Translations under genes and position numbers: made by a program
NCBI GenBank assembly: GCA_963703505.1
Contig: CAVPEL010000002.1
Coordinates: forward strand, 32,207 to 96,206
Direction of reading: 5' to 3'
DNA: 64,000 nt
Source of the DNA: an uncultured Actinomycetota bacterium
GTDB lineage: Bacteria > Actinomycetota > Actinomycetes > CAVPEL01
Notes under the pieces: generated by a model
Seen by the model: the letters and a program-made list of their open reading frames with translations, nothing else
Told to the model about the DNA's origin: nothing
The model's database searches: none
In this document: in pieces, positions 27,743 to 39,732 of the stretch
Layout of the letters: each line of letters opens with the position of its first letter
How positions within the stretch are numbered: position 1 is the first letter of the stretch

Positions 27743-28873
27743 TGGCCAAGGACTACTACGCCACCCTTGGCGTGCGCCGGGAAGCCACGCCCGAGGAGAT
27801 CAAGCGGGCCTATCGCAGGCTCGCCCGTCAGCTGCACCCGGACGTGAACCCGGACAAGGTCACCCAGGAGCGGTTCAAGGAGATCACCACCGCGTACGAG
27901 GTGCTGTCGGACCCGGCCAAGCGGCAGATGCACGACCTGGGCGGAGACCCGCTGTCCGCCGCCGGTGGCGCCGCCTCAGGCTTCGGGACAGGCTTCGGCG
28001 GGCTCGGCGACATCATGGACGCGTTCTTCGGCGGCGGTGCCAGCAGAGGGCCGCGCAGCCGGGTCCGGACCGGCGCGGACGCGCTGCTCCAGGTGTCGGT
28101 CGACCTGGCCGAGGCGGCCATGGGTGTCACCCGCGAACTGACGGTGGAGACCGCCGTCCTGTGCCCGACCTGCGAAGGCGCGGGCACGGCCGCTGGCACG
28201 CACCCGGACACCTGCATCGCGTGCCAGGGCCGCGGCGAGGTCAACCAGGTCACCCGGTCGTTCCTCGGCCAGGTGATGACCTCACGCCCGTGCCCGCAGT
28301 GCGCCGGGATCGGCTCCGTGATCAGGCACCCGTGCGGCGAGTGCGGCGGCGACGGCCGGGTGCGGACCCGTCGCACCATCACGGTGAACATCCCGCCCGG
28401 CGTCGAGCACGGCATGCGGCTCCGGCTGTCCGGTGAGGGTGAGGTCGGCCCCGGCGGTGGACCGGCCGGTGACCTGTACGTGGAGATCGAGGAGCTGCGG
28501 CACCCGGTCTTCGAGCGCGAGGGCGCCGACCTGCACTGCACGGTGACCTTGCCGATGACCGCGGCCTCGCTCGGCACCACGGTCAAGCTGGACGCCCTGG
28601 ACGGCGCGCTGGACATCGCGGTCCGGGCCGGGACGCAGGCGGGTTCCGTCATCACGCTGCGCGGCCGGGGGATGCCACGGCTGCGGGGGAGCGGTCGCGG
28701 CGACCTGTACGTGCACGTCGACGTGGAGACGCCGACCCAGCTCGACGCCGAGCAGGAGCGGCTGCTCCGCGAGCTGGCGCTGCCTGCGCGGCGAGGAGTT
28801 CCCGCTGGGTGAGTTCAAGCCCGGCCAGCAGGGGCTGTTCTCCAGGCTGCGCGACGCCTTCAACGGTCGCTGA
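27742..28873 (+). CDS. dnaJ: Chaperone DnaJ (frameshift near C-terminus)
   Basis: J domain with HPD, G/F region, four CxxCxGxG repeats, GPAGDLYV. Confidence 0.95.
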
Positions 28874-28875
28874 GG

Positions 28876-29630
28876 GTGAGCCCGCCGCTCTTCTTGGCCG
28901 AACCGTCCGCCCTTGAGGCTCCTTCGGTCCGGCTCGACGGCCCGGAGGGGCGCCACGCGGCCCAGGTCCGGCGCCTGACGGTGGGCGAGGTGGTCGAGCT
29001 CACGGACGGGGTAGGCGGCTGGGCTTCGTGCGTGGTGACCGGAGTCGAACCGGCCCGCGGCATCGTCGAGCTGTCCGTCGAGCGGCGCCACCAGGTGCCA
29101 GCAGCCGGCGCCGCGGCTGGTCGTGGTCCAGGCACTCGCGAAGGGCGACCGCGGCGAGCTGGCGGTGGAGACGATGACCGAGGTCGGCGTCGACGAGATC
29201 GTGCCCTGGCGGGCGTCCCGTTGCGTCGCCCGCTGGGAGGGGGAGCGTGGTGCCAAGTCGCTGGGGCGGTGGCGAGCGACCGCCCGTGAGGCGGCCAAGC
29301 AGTCCCGACGGCCGTGGCTGCCGGTGGTGACCGAACCGGCCACCACCGCGCAGGTCGCCGAGCGGCTGGCTGGTGCCGCGCTCGCGGTGGTGTTGCACGA
29401 GGAGGCCGTTGCCCCGATCGCCCAGGTGCCGGTGCCGCGCGTAGGCGAGATCGTCGTGGTGGTGGGCCCCGAAGGCGGGATCGCGCCGGACGAGCTGGCC
29501 GCGTTCGCCGAGCGCGGGCGCGCCGGGTCACAGGCTCGGACCGACTGTGCTGCGGACCTCCACGGCCGGGGCGGTCGCTGCTGGCGTGCTGCTGGCCGCC
29601 AGCGGCCGATGGGATCCCGCCGGCGGCTGA
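28876..29630 (+). CDS. rsmE: 16S rRNA m3U1498 methyltransferase (frameshifted)
   Basis: EGRHAAQVRRL, TEVGVD, AAKQSRR, VGPEGG, LGPTVLRTSTA. Confidence 0.92.
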
Positions 29631-29755
29631 CGGCGACGCTGGCGAGGCCAGCGCCGCTCGCACGCGAGGTGTGCGTGTCAACGGCGCGGCAACGGGGCAG
29701 GTGTTCGTGGCCGAATAACGGCACGCCCATTTAGCTGCGAGGCGAGCCGCCGACG

Positions 29756-30163
29756 ATGGTCACCATGGTGCGGAAGGTGGTCGTTGCCGCGGTTGGCGCT
29801 GTGCTCGTCCTGCTCGGGTTGGCGATGCTGGTCCTGCCCGGTCCTGGCTTCCTTGCGATCGCGGCTGGTCTCGCTGTCCTCGCTACCGAGTACGTGTGGG
29901 CCCACCGGCTGTTGGCGATGAGCCGCGACCGAGCGATGCGCGTCCAGAAGCAGACGGTGGCTAGCCCGCTGCGGACCGCGGGGACGATCGCCTGCGGGTT
30001 GGTGCTCGTCGGCTGCGGAGTCGTCCTGGCTGTGGTGGACGACCTGCCGTTCGCCGGCCCGTGGAGTGCAGGGGCCATGGTCTTCGGTGGCGTGGCCGTG
30101 ATCACCCTCACCGTCCTGACGATCCTTCTCGTGCCACGCGAGCCGGCTGACGGCGAGCGATGA
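29756..30163 (+). CDS. PGPGW-family membrane protein
   Basis: MLVLPGPGFLAI..GLAVLATEY.WA motif, about 4 TM helices. Confidence 0.75.
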   Translation: MVTMVRKVVVAAVGAVLVLLGLAMLVLPGPGFLAIAAGLAVLATEYVWAHRLLAMSRDRAMRVQKQTVASPLRTAGTIACGLVLVGCGVVLAVVDDLPFAGPWSAGAMVFGGVAVITLTVLTILLVPREPADGER

Positions 30164-30176
30164 CGCCGCTGCGTGG

Positions 30177-31122
30177 TCAGCCCAGCGCCGCAGCGCGCTC
30201 GGCGTCGATGGCCGCCAGCCGCGCACGAACCTCGGCGATCCGCCGTACGCACTCGCTCGTCCGCGCGGCAACCGCGTCGTGAGCTCGGGTGGCTTTCGCC
30301 TGCGCGTCCTTGATGCGTCCGCGCACGCTGAAGTCGGTGAAGATGTTGTCGAACCACACGTCGAGGAACCTGGTGCCCTGCGACAGCTCGAGCGACGACG
30401 CCGGTACCTGTCTCCGCGACGTCGCCGAGCTCGCGGGCAAACGCGGCGAGGCGTTCGTCGGCATCCTGAGAGAGCTGAGCGGCCTTGTCCATGTGGCTGT
30501 GCTTGATCGAGCTCGCGATCATCCCGCCGCCGAAGAAGGTGTCGTAGGTCGACCAGCCCGACGCGGTGCTCAGCTCGGAGTCCATCGCGGCCAGGGCCTC
30601 CTGCGCCGCCCGCCCGGCGGCGATCGCCTCGTCCAGCTCGCGCAGCTGCGCACCGAGGTGACCGCGCTCTTCGGCGAGCCGCATCAGTCTGGTCGCATCA
30701 GGTGCCTGGGTGACGAGCAGGTACCGCTCCTTCGCCTGCCGCGCGGATTCCAGCTGGGCGTCGACGTCGCCGAGGGCGTCCAGCTGTCGCCGGGTGGCAT
30801 CCAGGTCCCGCGCGACCGCGTCACGGCGAGCCGTGGCCACCGCGAGCTGGCCGAGCGCCGCTTCGGACTTCGCGGTCGCCTGCTCCAGATCATTGCCGCG
30901 TGAGCCCTTGAGCATCGCCCAGATCCGCGTGCCAGAGAACGACTCCAGCCGGTCCACGTCGGCCTGATCGAGCTGCGCCTCGCGTCGTCGATCGGCGAGC
31001 TCGGCGTCCGCCTGGCCCAGCCGAGCGGTCGCGCCCGCGACCTGTGCGCGCAGCTGCTCACGGCGGCGCAGCGCGTCATGGGCGGCGCTGAGCTGCTGTT
31101 CGAGGTCTCCCGGTGTGGTCAC
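30177..31122 (-). CDS. Conserved hypothetical coiled-coil protein (frameshift near 30410)
   Basis: Long helical ORF, then WSTYDTFFGGG..KH and DVWFDNIFTD; TACGCT 7 nt before GTG. Confidence 0.7.
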
Positions 31123-31151
31123 GGGCGCGAGCGTAGCGAGGGGTTCGGATC

Positions 31152-32517
31152 TTGTCTCTGTACCCGCCACGATCGCCGTGGCAGAGTGCGGACGTGGATG
31201 CGGACCCGTGGGGGCGTGACGTGCCTCCCGCAACGCGCGTCGAAACTCTTGAGCCGTTGCCGCCCCGGCTAGCCGACCTGGCGGGGCTGACCGGCCGACG
31301 CCTGTTCGAGCCCGACGTGCACGTCGGCTTCCCGAAACCCGATGAGCTTCCCGAGGTTCAGCAGCTGACCGAGCAGGGCTGGCACGCTCTGGAGGAGGCG
31401 CCGCTGTGGTGGTGCCTGCCAGCTGTATGGCCGGCGGAACACCGAATATGGGTGGCCGACCGGCTGCCACGGATCGCCATCGGGATGGATGCCGACGGGC
31501 TGCGCTGGGCAGAGCCGTGGCCCGCGCGTTTCTACCGCGAGCTGGTCGAGGATGTTGCACGGGAAGCCGTCGTCTGCGGACTGCCTGAGCCACCGACCGG
31601 GCGGTTGTGGCTCCTACGGTCCCCGTGGCCCTCACTCGGTGTCGACGTGGTCCTGCTCCTGGTGTCGCGCCGCTGCGAGGAACTGGGACTGCAGGTCATG
31701 ACGGCCGGCGTCACGGAAGCGGCCCGCGATCTGCTCACCTGGCGCAAGGAACAGATATGGGCTTGGTGGACGGGCCCGGAGGCCGACGTCGCCCGCGTCT
31801 GGCAGGCCGTGGGTCGCTCCGGGGAGGACGTGGCTGCGCTGATCCTCGCCGGTCTCGGACCCGGTGAGGTTGCTGTGCTCACCGCTGCACATGCGGACGG
31901 TGGCGGCGGGCTGACCGAGGACCAGTGCGTGGCCTGGTGTTGAGGCCGTCGGACGGCAGGGCCCCGCCGCGGTCGATCGGATCCGGGCGTGGCGCGCCGT
32001 CGGCCTGCCTGCGGACCCGCCGTCGGACCAGCACTGGGTGCTCAGCCAAGCCCGGCCCGAACAGGCCGCTGACTGGTTCGCGGCTGGCTTCGACCTCGAC
32101 GCCATGGCGACGCTCGGGAAAGTGCCGCTGCAGCAGGCCATCGCGTGGCGACAATGCGGCTTCCGCGCCGACGAGACCGGGAAGCTGCTCGCCGCCGACC
32201 CGACCCTGCTGCCAAGCGAGGCAACCGCCTTCGACGACGCCGGAATCTCGCCGGTCGACCGGCTCCGTTGGGTCGAGGCCGGTTTCGATGCGATCGACGC
32301 GCGCGCCTGGGGAGATCTGGGCGTGGCGGCGAACGAAGCCCGGGTCTGGCGTTCGGTCGGCAAGGGGCCTGACGAGGCGCGTGGCCAGCAGGCTCAGGGC
32401 AGCGGGCCGTTGCCACCAGGCGTCGCGGTGGGTTGGTTCGGCTACGGGGGCTCTCGCGCCGACCGCCAGTACGGCGTCGTCGACCCGCCCGGCACCCGCG
32501 GCCGGCTCGCGCAGTGA
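31152..32517 (+). CDS. Hypothetical Trp-rich protein with C-terminal W-x3-G repeats (frameshift near 31940)
   Basis: ORFs 31152-31943 and 32038-32517 join with one indel; start uncertain. Confidence 0.6.
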
Positions 32518-32644
32518 GTCAGGTCGCCAAGAACCGCCATGGTCGTCATCGCGTCACACCAGGCGGAGGAGGTTGACATGAAGGCACGTCGGCATCCGTG
32601 CTTCCGCCTGGTCGTGGCAGCGGCTGCGGATCTTGCCAATCGGG

Positions 32645-33356
32645 TTAGCGGATCCCCAGCCGCTCGGGTAGGTCGACCAGCGAGCGCAACCGCCGATCGT
32701 CCGGCACGTCGTGCTGTCCGGTGGGGTCGATGAGGAACGCGGTGATCCCCACGGCCTGCGGCCCGGCGTAGTCGGCGACGAAGCTGTCGCCGACGAAGAC
32801 TGAGCTAGCGGCAGCGGAGCCAAGGCGGTGGAGCGTCTCGGCGTAGATCGCCGGATGCGGCTTGCGCCAGCCGGTCTCGACGGAAGTGATCACTGCGTCG
32901 AACTGGGCCGCTATCCCCATGGCGGCGAGGTGGTCCGGCACGAGCTCGGCGTGGTGCGTGTTGGTGACGACGGCGAGCCGGTACCGGCTCGCGAGTGCGT
33001 CGACGATCTGCGACGTGGTCACCGGGTAGATGACTCCGGCGTTCCATTCGCCGAGATAGGCGTCGACCAGGTCGCTGACCTCGGTCGAGCTCGGATCGCG
33101 GCGCAACAGTCTCGTCAAGAAGGCGGTGGCAACCTCGTCCATCGAGAACTCGCTGTCGTCGACTGTCGCTGCGCTCGTCGAAGCGCGCCGATTCAGCTGC
33201 CCAGGCTCCGAGGAACGCGGAGTAGTCGACGTCGGCGCCCATCGCGCGGACGAGGGCGTGTGAGGCGCGGTAGCCCTGCTCGGTCCGGCTCGGTGAGTAG
33301 TCGACGAGCGTGCCGAAGAAGTCGAGCAGCACGTGGGTCACGGCATGGCCGATCAT
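32645..33356 (-). CDS. HAD family hydrolase (frameshifted)
   Basis: DFFGTL, VVTN, RKPHP, VGDS..D..G. Confidence 0.88.
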
Positions 33357-33370
33357 CGAGTCGAAGCTCC

Positions 33371-34453
33371 CTACCGAACGCTGAACAACTTCGTCGTCAC
33401 GTACAGCGAGGACCCGTCCTTCGGTGAGATCTCGAAAGCGCGCAGCTCATAGTTGCCTGGGGTCAGCTCGACGGTGGCGGACCACTCGCCCCACGCCGGC
33501 GCGCCGGCGGAGGCCATCGCAGTGCCGGACCGGACGACGGCGCCACGCGCGTTGGTGATCTCCCAGTTGACTGTGGCCTCGAACACGCGGGCCTGGCCGC
33601 TGAACGTCACCTGCGTGCCCAACGTTGCGCCCCAGGCCGGTGCGTAGATCTGCACCGGAGCGAAGGCGCTGTCCGAGGTTTCGGTGTCGGTGATGAGTGG
33701 CTCGTCGGTGCTGCCACCGGTGGCGATGGTGTCTCCCCACAGGGCCGCGACCGGCTTGTGGTCGATCCGCAGTGCGATGGCGTTGGCGTCCACCGCGCCA
33801 CGCACCGTGTGGAGCAGCTGCAAAGCAGCGAACCGGCCCAGGTCGCTGGGGCCACCGGTAGGCCGGGCGGCAGCCTCCGCGGACAGGTCGACGACAACCG
33901 TGGAGCCCTTGACGCTGATGCCGAGAATCGTCGTGCTGCTCGGCCAGGGGCTGGAGTACGTCGGGTCCCGCGGCGCCTCGTGCAGCATGGCGTCGATCGA
34001 GTCGCGGATCGTCGCGCCCGCCGCGGGTACCGGGCGCTCGTGCACCTCGGCGTACAGCGTCGGGGCGCCGTCGACGCGCCCCACGTAGTAGACGGTCACC
34101 GCGCGGGTGCGTGTGCTGTTCGGCGTCGCCAGCGTGCTCGGTATCGGGCCCGGACCGGCCTCGGTGGCCTGTGGCGAAGGGCCGATCGTCGCCACCCGGT
34201 TGGTGGTGGACCCATCGGACGACCACGGCAGCGTCAGGCTGCCTGTGGCCGCGGCGACGACGAGCGTGATCGCCGCCGCAGCGCCGACCAGTTCGCCGGC
34301 ATGCCACCAGCGCTGTCGCTGCCGGCGCCGGTCAACCTTCTCCCGGATGCGGGTGAGTCCGTCGGCGCTCACCACGAGGTCGCGTTCGGCATCGGTGAAG
34401 GTTGCCTTCAGTCGACGCGCCATCTCGTCGTCGGGTTCGTGGCGGCTGGTCAT
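33371..34453 (-). CDS. Membrane protein with GerMN and Gmad2 Ig-like domains (putative anti-sigma factor)
   Basis: N-terminal cytoplasmic helix plus TM, VYY..LYAE, VVDLS, QLLHTV, G.ARVFEATV.W; stop/start overlap with the ECF sigma gene. Confidence 0.78.
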   Translation of the reverse strand: MTSRHEPDDEMARRLKATFTDAERDLVVSADGLTRIREKVDRRRQRQRWWHAGELVGAAAAITLVVAAATGSLTLPWSSDGSTTNRVATIGPSPQATEAGPGPIPSTLATPNSTRTRAVTVYYVGRVDGAPTLYAEVHERPVPAAGATIRDSIDAMLHEAPRDPTYSSPWPSSTTILGISVKGSTVVVDLSAEAAARPTGGPSDLGRFAALQLLHTVRGAVDANAIALRIDHKPVAALWGDTIATGGSTDEPLITDTETSDSAFAPVQIYAPAWGATLGTQVTFSGQARVFEATVNWEITNARGAVVRSGTAMASAGAPAWGEWSATVELTPGNYELRAFEISPKDGSSLYVTTKLFSVR

Positions 34454-35007
34454 GAGCTGCGCTCCATCTTCGTGCGGAGGGCCGCCAGACCGCGTGACGC
34501 GTGGCTCTTCACCGCGCCTTGGCTGATGCCCAGCGCCTGTGCGATCTGTGCCTCGGAGAGGTCGGCGTAGTACCGCAGGATGAGCGTCTCCCGTTGCCTG
34601 CGCGGAAGGGTGTGCAGCGCCGTGAGCATCTCCTCGCGGTGGACGGTGGCCAGCGCATGGTGCTCGGCGCTGGGTGCATCCAGCAGGGGTTCAGGGATGT
34701 ACTTCGCGGCCACCGTCCGGCGGCGCAGCGCGGACCGGGACCGGTTGACGACGATCTGCCGGAGGTAGGCCAGGGCCTTGTCCTCGTCGTCCAACCGGCG
34801 CCAGGCGCCGTGCATCGCCACGTACGCGTCTTGGACGACCTCCTCCGCGTGGTGGAGGTCGCCGAGCAGGAACGCCGAGATCCGCACCAGCTGGCGGTAG
34901 TGGGCGGCGTAGAGCTGGGTCAGTGCGTCGTCGGCGGACGTCGTGGTCCGCGACACCTCGCCCACTCCTGCACGACCCCTGTGCTCGACCAGCAACATCT
35001 CGGTCAT
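34450..35007 (-). CDS. ECF sigma factor, actinobacterial SigE family
   Basis: AEEVVQDAY, AYLRQIVVN, LPRRQRETLILRYYADLSE, GAVKSHASRG. Confidence 0.92.
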   Translation of the reverse strand: MTEMLLVEHRGRAGVGEVSRTTTSADDALTQLYAAHYRQLVRISAFLLGDLHHAEEVVQDAYVAMHGAWRRLDDEDKALAYLRQIVVNRSRSALRRRTVAAKYIPEPLLDAPSAEHHALATVHREEMLTALHTLPRRQRETLILRYYADLSEAQIAQALGISQGAVKSHASRGLAALRTKMERSS

Positions 35008-35012
35008 GTGGC

Positions 35013-35039
35013 TTCGACGCCGGACCGTGGACCCAGGTT
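35013..35039 (-). promoter_or_regulatory. SigE-type ECF promoter, probably autoregulatory
   Basis: Minus strand AACC-N16-CGTCGAA, 5 nt before the sigma ATG. Confidence 0.6.
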
Positions 35040-35150
35040 TACCGCACAGCCCATTCGGGCCCGTTCAGGCTCGCCGGGCCGTATCCTCGGCTCGCGGATG
35101 AGGATAGGCGCCCGCGTGCGCTGTGCGCCTGCGACAGCGAGGGAGCCCGG

Positions 35151-35495
35151 ATGGCCGAGTGCTTGTTCTGCGGGATCGCAGGTGGCGAGATCCCGGCCAC
35201 GGTGGTGCGTGAGGGCACCTCCACGCTGGCCTTCCGGGACGTGAACCCCCAGGCGCCCACCCACGTGCTGGTCATCCCCAAGGTCCACCACGCCACCGTG
35301 GGCGACCTGGTGGCGACGGATCCCGGCCTGCTCGCCGAGATCGTGAGCGAGGCCCATGCGGTCGCGGTCAGCGAGGGCATCGCTGAAGCGGGCTACCGCG
35401 TGGTCTTCAACACCGGCATCGGCGGCGGCCAGACGGTCTTCCACGTCCACGCCCACGTGCTCGGCGGCAGGGCGATGACCTGGCCCCCGGGCTGA
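35151..35495 (+). CDS. HIT family nucleotide-binding protein
   Basis: CLFC, PQAPTHVLVIPK, GQTVFHVHAH, WPPG. Confidence 0.94.
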   Translation: MAECLFCGIAGGEIPATVVREGTSTLAFRDVNPQAPTHVLVIPKVHHATVGDLVATDPGLLAEIVSEAHAVAVSEGIAEAGYRVVFNTGIGGGQTVFHVHAHVLGGRAMTWPPG

Positions 35496-35613
35496 GCACT
35501 GAGCCCACACGACGCGATCACGGGGTTCCGGCCCCCCTCTCGGTAGAATGGCCAGCGTCCAGTCGTTCCCGACACGTCCTTCCAGACACGGAGAGCAGGT
35601 GGGATCAGGCCTC

Positions 35614-36645
<1,032 letters not shown>

Positions 36646-36652
36646 GCCGCAG

Positions 36653-37138
36653 ATGAGCATCGAGGTGGCCAACGAGTCGGGCATCGACGCCGACGAGAAG
36701 GCGCTGGTGATGGTGGCCCGTCACGTGCTCGACCGGCTGCGGATCCACCCGCTCGCCGAGCTGTCCATCCTGCTCGTCGATGTCGAGGAGATGGAACAGC
36801 TGCACGTGAAATGGATGGGCGAGCCGGGCCCGACCGACGTGCTGTCCTTCCCGATGGACGAGCTGAGGCCCGGACGCTCGGGCGGCGCCGACGACGCACC
36901 GTCGGACGATGAGCCGGGGATTCTCGGGGACATCGTGCTGTGCCCGGAAGTTGCCGCCCGGCAGGGCGCCGCCGCCGGTCATTCCACGCAGGCCGAGCTC
37001 GAGCTGTTGTGCACCCACGGGGTCTTGCACCTGCTCGGCTACGACCACGCTGAGCCGGACGAGGAGCGCGAGATGTTCGGCCTGCAGGGCGACCTGATGC
37101 ACTCCTGGCGGGAGTCCCGACAGGGGGACCTCAGGTGA
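36653..37138 (+). CDS. ybeY: rRNA maturation endoribonuclease
   Basis: [24 protein letters not shown]. Confidence 0.96.
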   Translation: MSIEVANESGIDADEKALVMVARHVLDRLRIHPLAELSILLVDVEEMEQLHVKWMGEPGPTDVLSFPMDELRPGRSGGADDAPSDDEPGILGDIVLCPEVAARQGAAAGHSTQAELELLCTHGVLHLLGYDHAEPDEEREMFGLQGDLMHSWRESRQGDLR

Positions 37139-38455
37139 CCGCCGGCCACGTCGTGGCCGCTCGCCGCGGCGCTCGCCGGGGTCGTCGTCGCTGCTTTGTT
37201 CGCTGCCGTCGAGGCGGCGTTCTCGCGGGTGTCCCGGTTCCGCGCCGACGAGCTGGCCAGCCAGCGCCGCCGCGGGGCCGTGCGCGTCCAGCAGGTCGTG
37301 GCCGACCCGGCCCGCTACCTGAACCTGCTCCGGCTGCTGCAGGTGGCTGGCGAGGTGTCCGCCACCGTCCTGCTCACCGCCTGGGCGCTCGACCGGTTCG
37401 ACCTCACCTGGCAGGCCGTGTTGCTCGCCGTGGTCGTCATGGTCCTCGTCAGCTATGTCGTCATCGGTGTCGCGCCGCGCACCCTGGGCCGCCAGCACGC
37501 CGACCGGTACGCGCTGGCCGCGGCGCCGCTCACCGTCGCGCTGGTTCGGGTCTTCGGTCCGATCTCGCGCCTGCTGATCCTGCTCGGCAATGCGGTCACC
37601 CCGGGCAAGGGGTTCCGCGAGGGCCCGTTCGCCTCCGAGGCCGAGCTGCGCGAGATGGTCGACCTGGCCGAGGAGAGCGCGGTGATCGAGAGCGACGAGC
37701 GGGCGATGATCCACTCCGTTTTCGAGCTCGGCGACACGATCGCCCGCGAGGTGATGGTGCCCCGCACCGACATCGTGTTCATCGAGCGGACGAAGACGCT
37801 GCGCCAGGCCATGTCGCTGGCGCTGCGCAGCGGCTTCTCGCGCATCCCGGTCGTGGGCGAGAACGAGGACGACGTCGTCGGCATCGTCTACCTGCGGGAC
37901 CTTGCGCGGCGCACGTATGAGTACCGCGAGAGCGAGCAGAGCGAGCGGGTCGAGTCCGTCATGCGACCAGCCACGTTCGTGCCCGACAGCAAGCCGGTCG
38001 ACGAGCTGATGCGTGAGATGCAGGCGCAACGCAACCACGTCGTCATCGTCGTCGACGAGTACGGGGGCACCGCCGGCCTGGTCACCATCGAAGACATCCT
38101 GGAGGAGATCGTCGGCGAGATCACCGACGAGCACGATCAGGAGCCGGCCCGGGTGGAAGAGCTCGAGGACGGCAGCGTCCGGGTCACCGCTCGGCTGCCG
38201 GTGGAGGAGCTGGCCGAGCTGTTCGGTGTCCAGCTCGAGGTCGAGGACGTCGAGACGGTCGGTGGTCTGCTGGCTCACGGCCTGGGCCGGGTGCCGATCC
38301 CCGGCGCGAGCGTGGCGGTCGGCGGGCTCGTGCTCACCGCGGAGGCCTCGCGTGATCGTCGGCACCGCATCGGCACCGTCCTGGTCCAGCGGGTCGTCGA
38401 GCCGTCGGACGCCGAACCCGACGCTGCCACCAGTGCGGAGCGGGCGGATGTCTGA
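37135..38455 (+). CDS. CNNM/CBS/CorC hemolysin-family protein
   Basis: DUF21 TM region, [30 protein letters not shown]; 5' frameshift. Confidence 0.92.
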
Positions 38456-38803
38456 CGCGATCTCGCGCAGTAGACCTGGACCCCGAGGACGCCAAGATCG
38501 TGCTGCTGGCGCGATCGGCGCGGGCTCGAACTGGTGCCGCCGAGGGCGCCGCCGTCCGTGACGACATGGGGCGCACGTATGCGGCAGGCGCGGTCGACCT
38601 GCCGTCGTTGCGGCTGTCCGCGCTGCAGGCGGCGGTCACCGCCGCCGTGTCCAGCGGTGCGCGCCGCCTGGAAGCCGCCGCGGTGGTCGGCGAGTCCGCG
38701 GTGGCCGCCGACCCAGACCTCGCCGCGCTGGCCGACCTCGGCGGCTGCCTTCTGCTGCTCGCCGGTCCTGACGGGGTCGTCCGCGAGGTTCGGCGGCGGG
38801 TGA
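38448..38803 (+). CDS. Cytidine-deaminase-like protein of actinobacterial era operons
   Basis: DPEDAKIVLLARSARAR, GAAVRD..GRTY, LSALQ..V..AVSSG; lacks HAE and PCxxC; the 38803 stop needs an inferred indel. Confidence 0.7.
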
Positions 38804-39732
38804 GGTCTGGCACGCCCGGTCCAACGAACCCGCGGACCGCGCCTGCCAGTCGCGCTGTCCAGCTCGTGCTGCTCGCCGCCGTCCTGTTCGGCACGACGGG
38901 CACCGCGCAGGCCCTCGGCCCTGAGACCACCACGCCGCTGCAGGTAGGCGCCGCGCGGCTGGGCGTCGGCGGCCTCCTGCTGGCCGTGGTCGCCATGCGG
39001 ACGCACGGCTACCGGCCGGTGCTGGCGCTGTTGGGCCGTCCGGCGGGGTGGGTGGCCACGCTCGGCGTCGCGATCTACCAGCCCGCCTTCTTCGTCGGCA
39101 CTCAGCGTGGTGGTGTGGCCGTCGGCACGCTCGTCGCACTCGGCAGCGCGCCGCTGTTCGCGGGCGCGCTGTCGGCGGTGGTCGACCACCGGCCGCCGTC
39201 GCGCACCTGGTACGCGGGCACCTCGCTGGCGCTCGCCGGGCTCGTGACGCTGACCATGGTCGGTGCGGACGTCGCGCTCGACCCGTTCGGAGTCGTCGCG
39301 TCACTGACAGCCGGTGCGGGCTACGCGGCCTTCACCGTGGCGGGTGGGCGCCTGCTGGCAAGCGGTGGCCAGTCGTTGGCGATCGCCGGCGCCTCGTTCG
39401 GCGCTGCGGCCGTGCTGCTCGCACCCTTCCTCGTCGGTGCGACTTGGCTGCTGACGCCGGCCGGTGCGGGGCTCGCGTTGTGGCTCGGCGTGGTGCCCAC
39501 CGCCGTGGCCTACCTGGTGTTCTTCCGTGGGTTGGCGGCTCTGGAGCCGGCCACCGTCACGACGTTGACCCTCGCTGAACCCCTGGTGGCGACGGCTCTC
39601 GGTGCGAGCGTCCTGGACGAGCGGCTCACGCCCGCCGGGGCAGCAGGGTGCCTGCTCGTAGGGCTCGGCCTGCTCGTGCTGGGGCGCCAGCGTCCGGCGC
39701 GGTCGGCGATACCGGCACAATCATCGGCATGA
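38800..39732 (+). CDS. EamA/DMT family transporter
   Basis: AAVLFGTTGT, about 10 TM helices, LTLAEPLVA..L.E. Confidence 0.88.
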   Translation: MRSGTPGPTNPRTAPASRAVQLVLLAAVLFGTTGTAQALGPETTTPLQVGAARLGVGGLLLAVVAMRTHGYRPVLALLGRPAGWVATLGVAIYQPAFFVGTQRGGVAVGTLVALGSAPLFAGALSAVVDHRPPSRTWYAGTSLALAGLVTLTMVGADVALDPFGVVASLTAGAGYAAFTVAGGRLLASGGQSLAIAGASFGAAAVLLAPFLVGATWLLTPAGAGLALWLGVVPTAVAYLVFFRGLAALEPATVTTLTLAEPLVATALGASVLDERLTPAGAAGCLLVGLGLLVLGRQRPARSAIPAQSSA

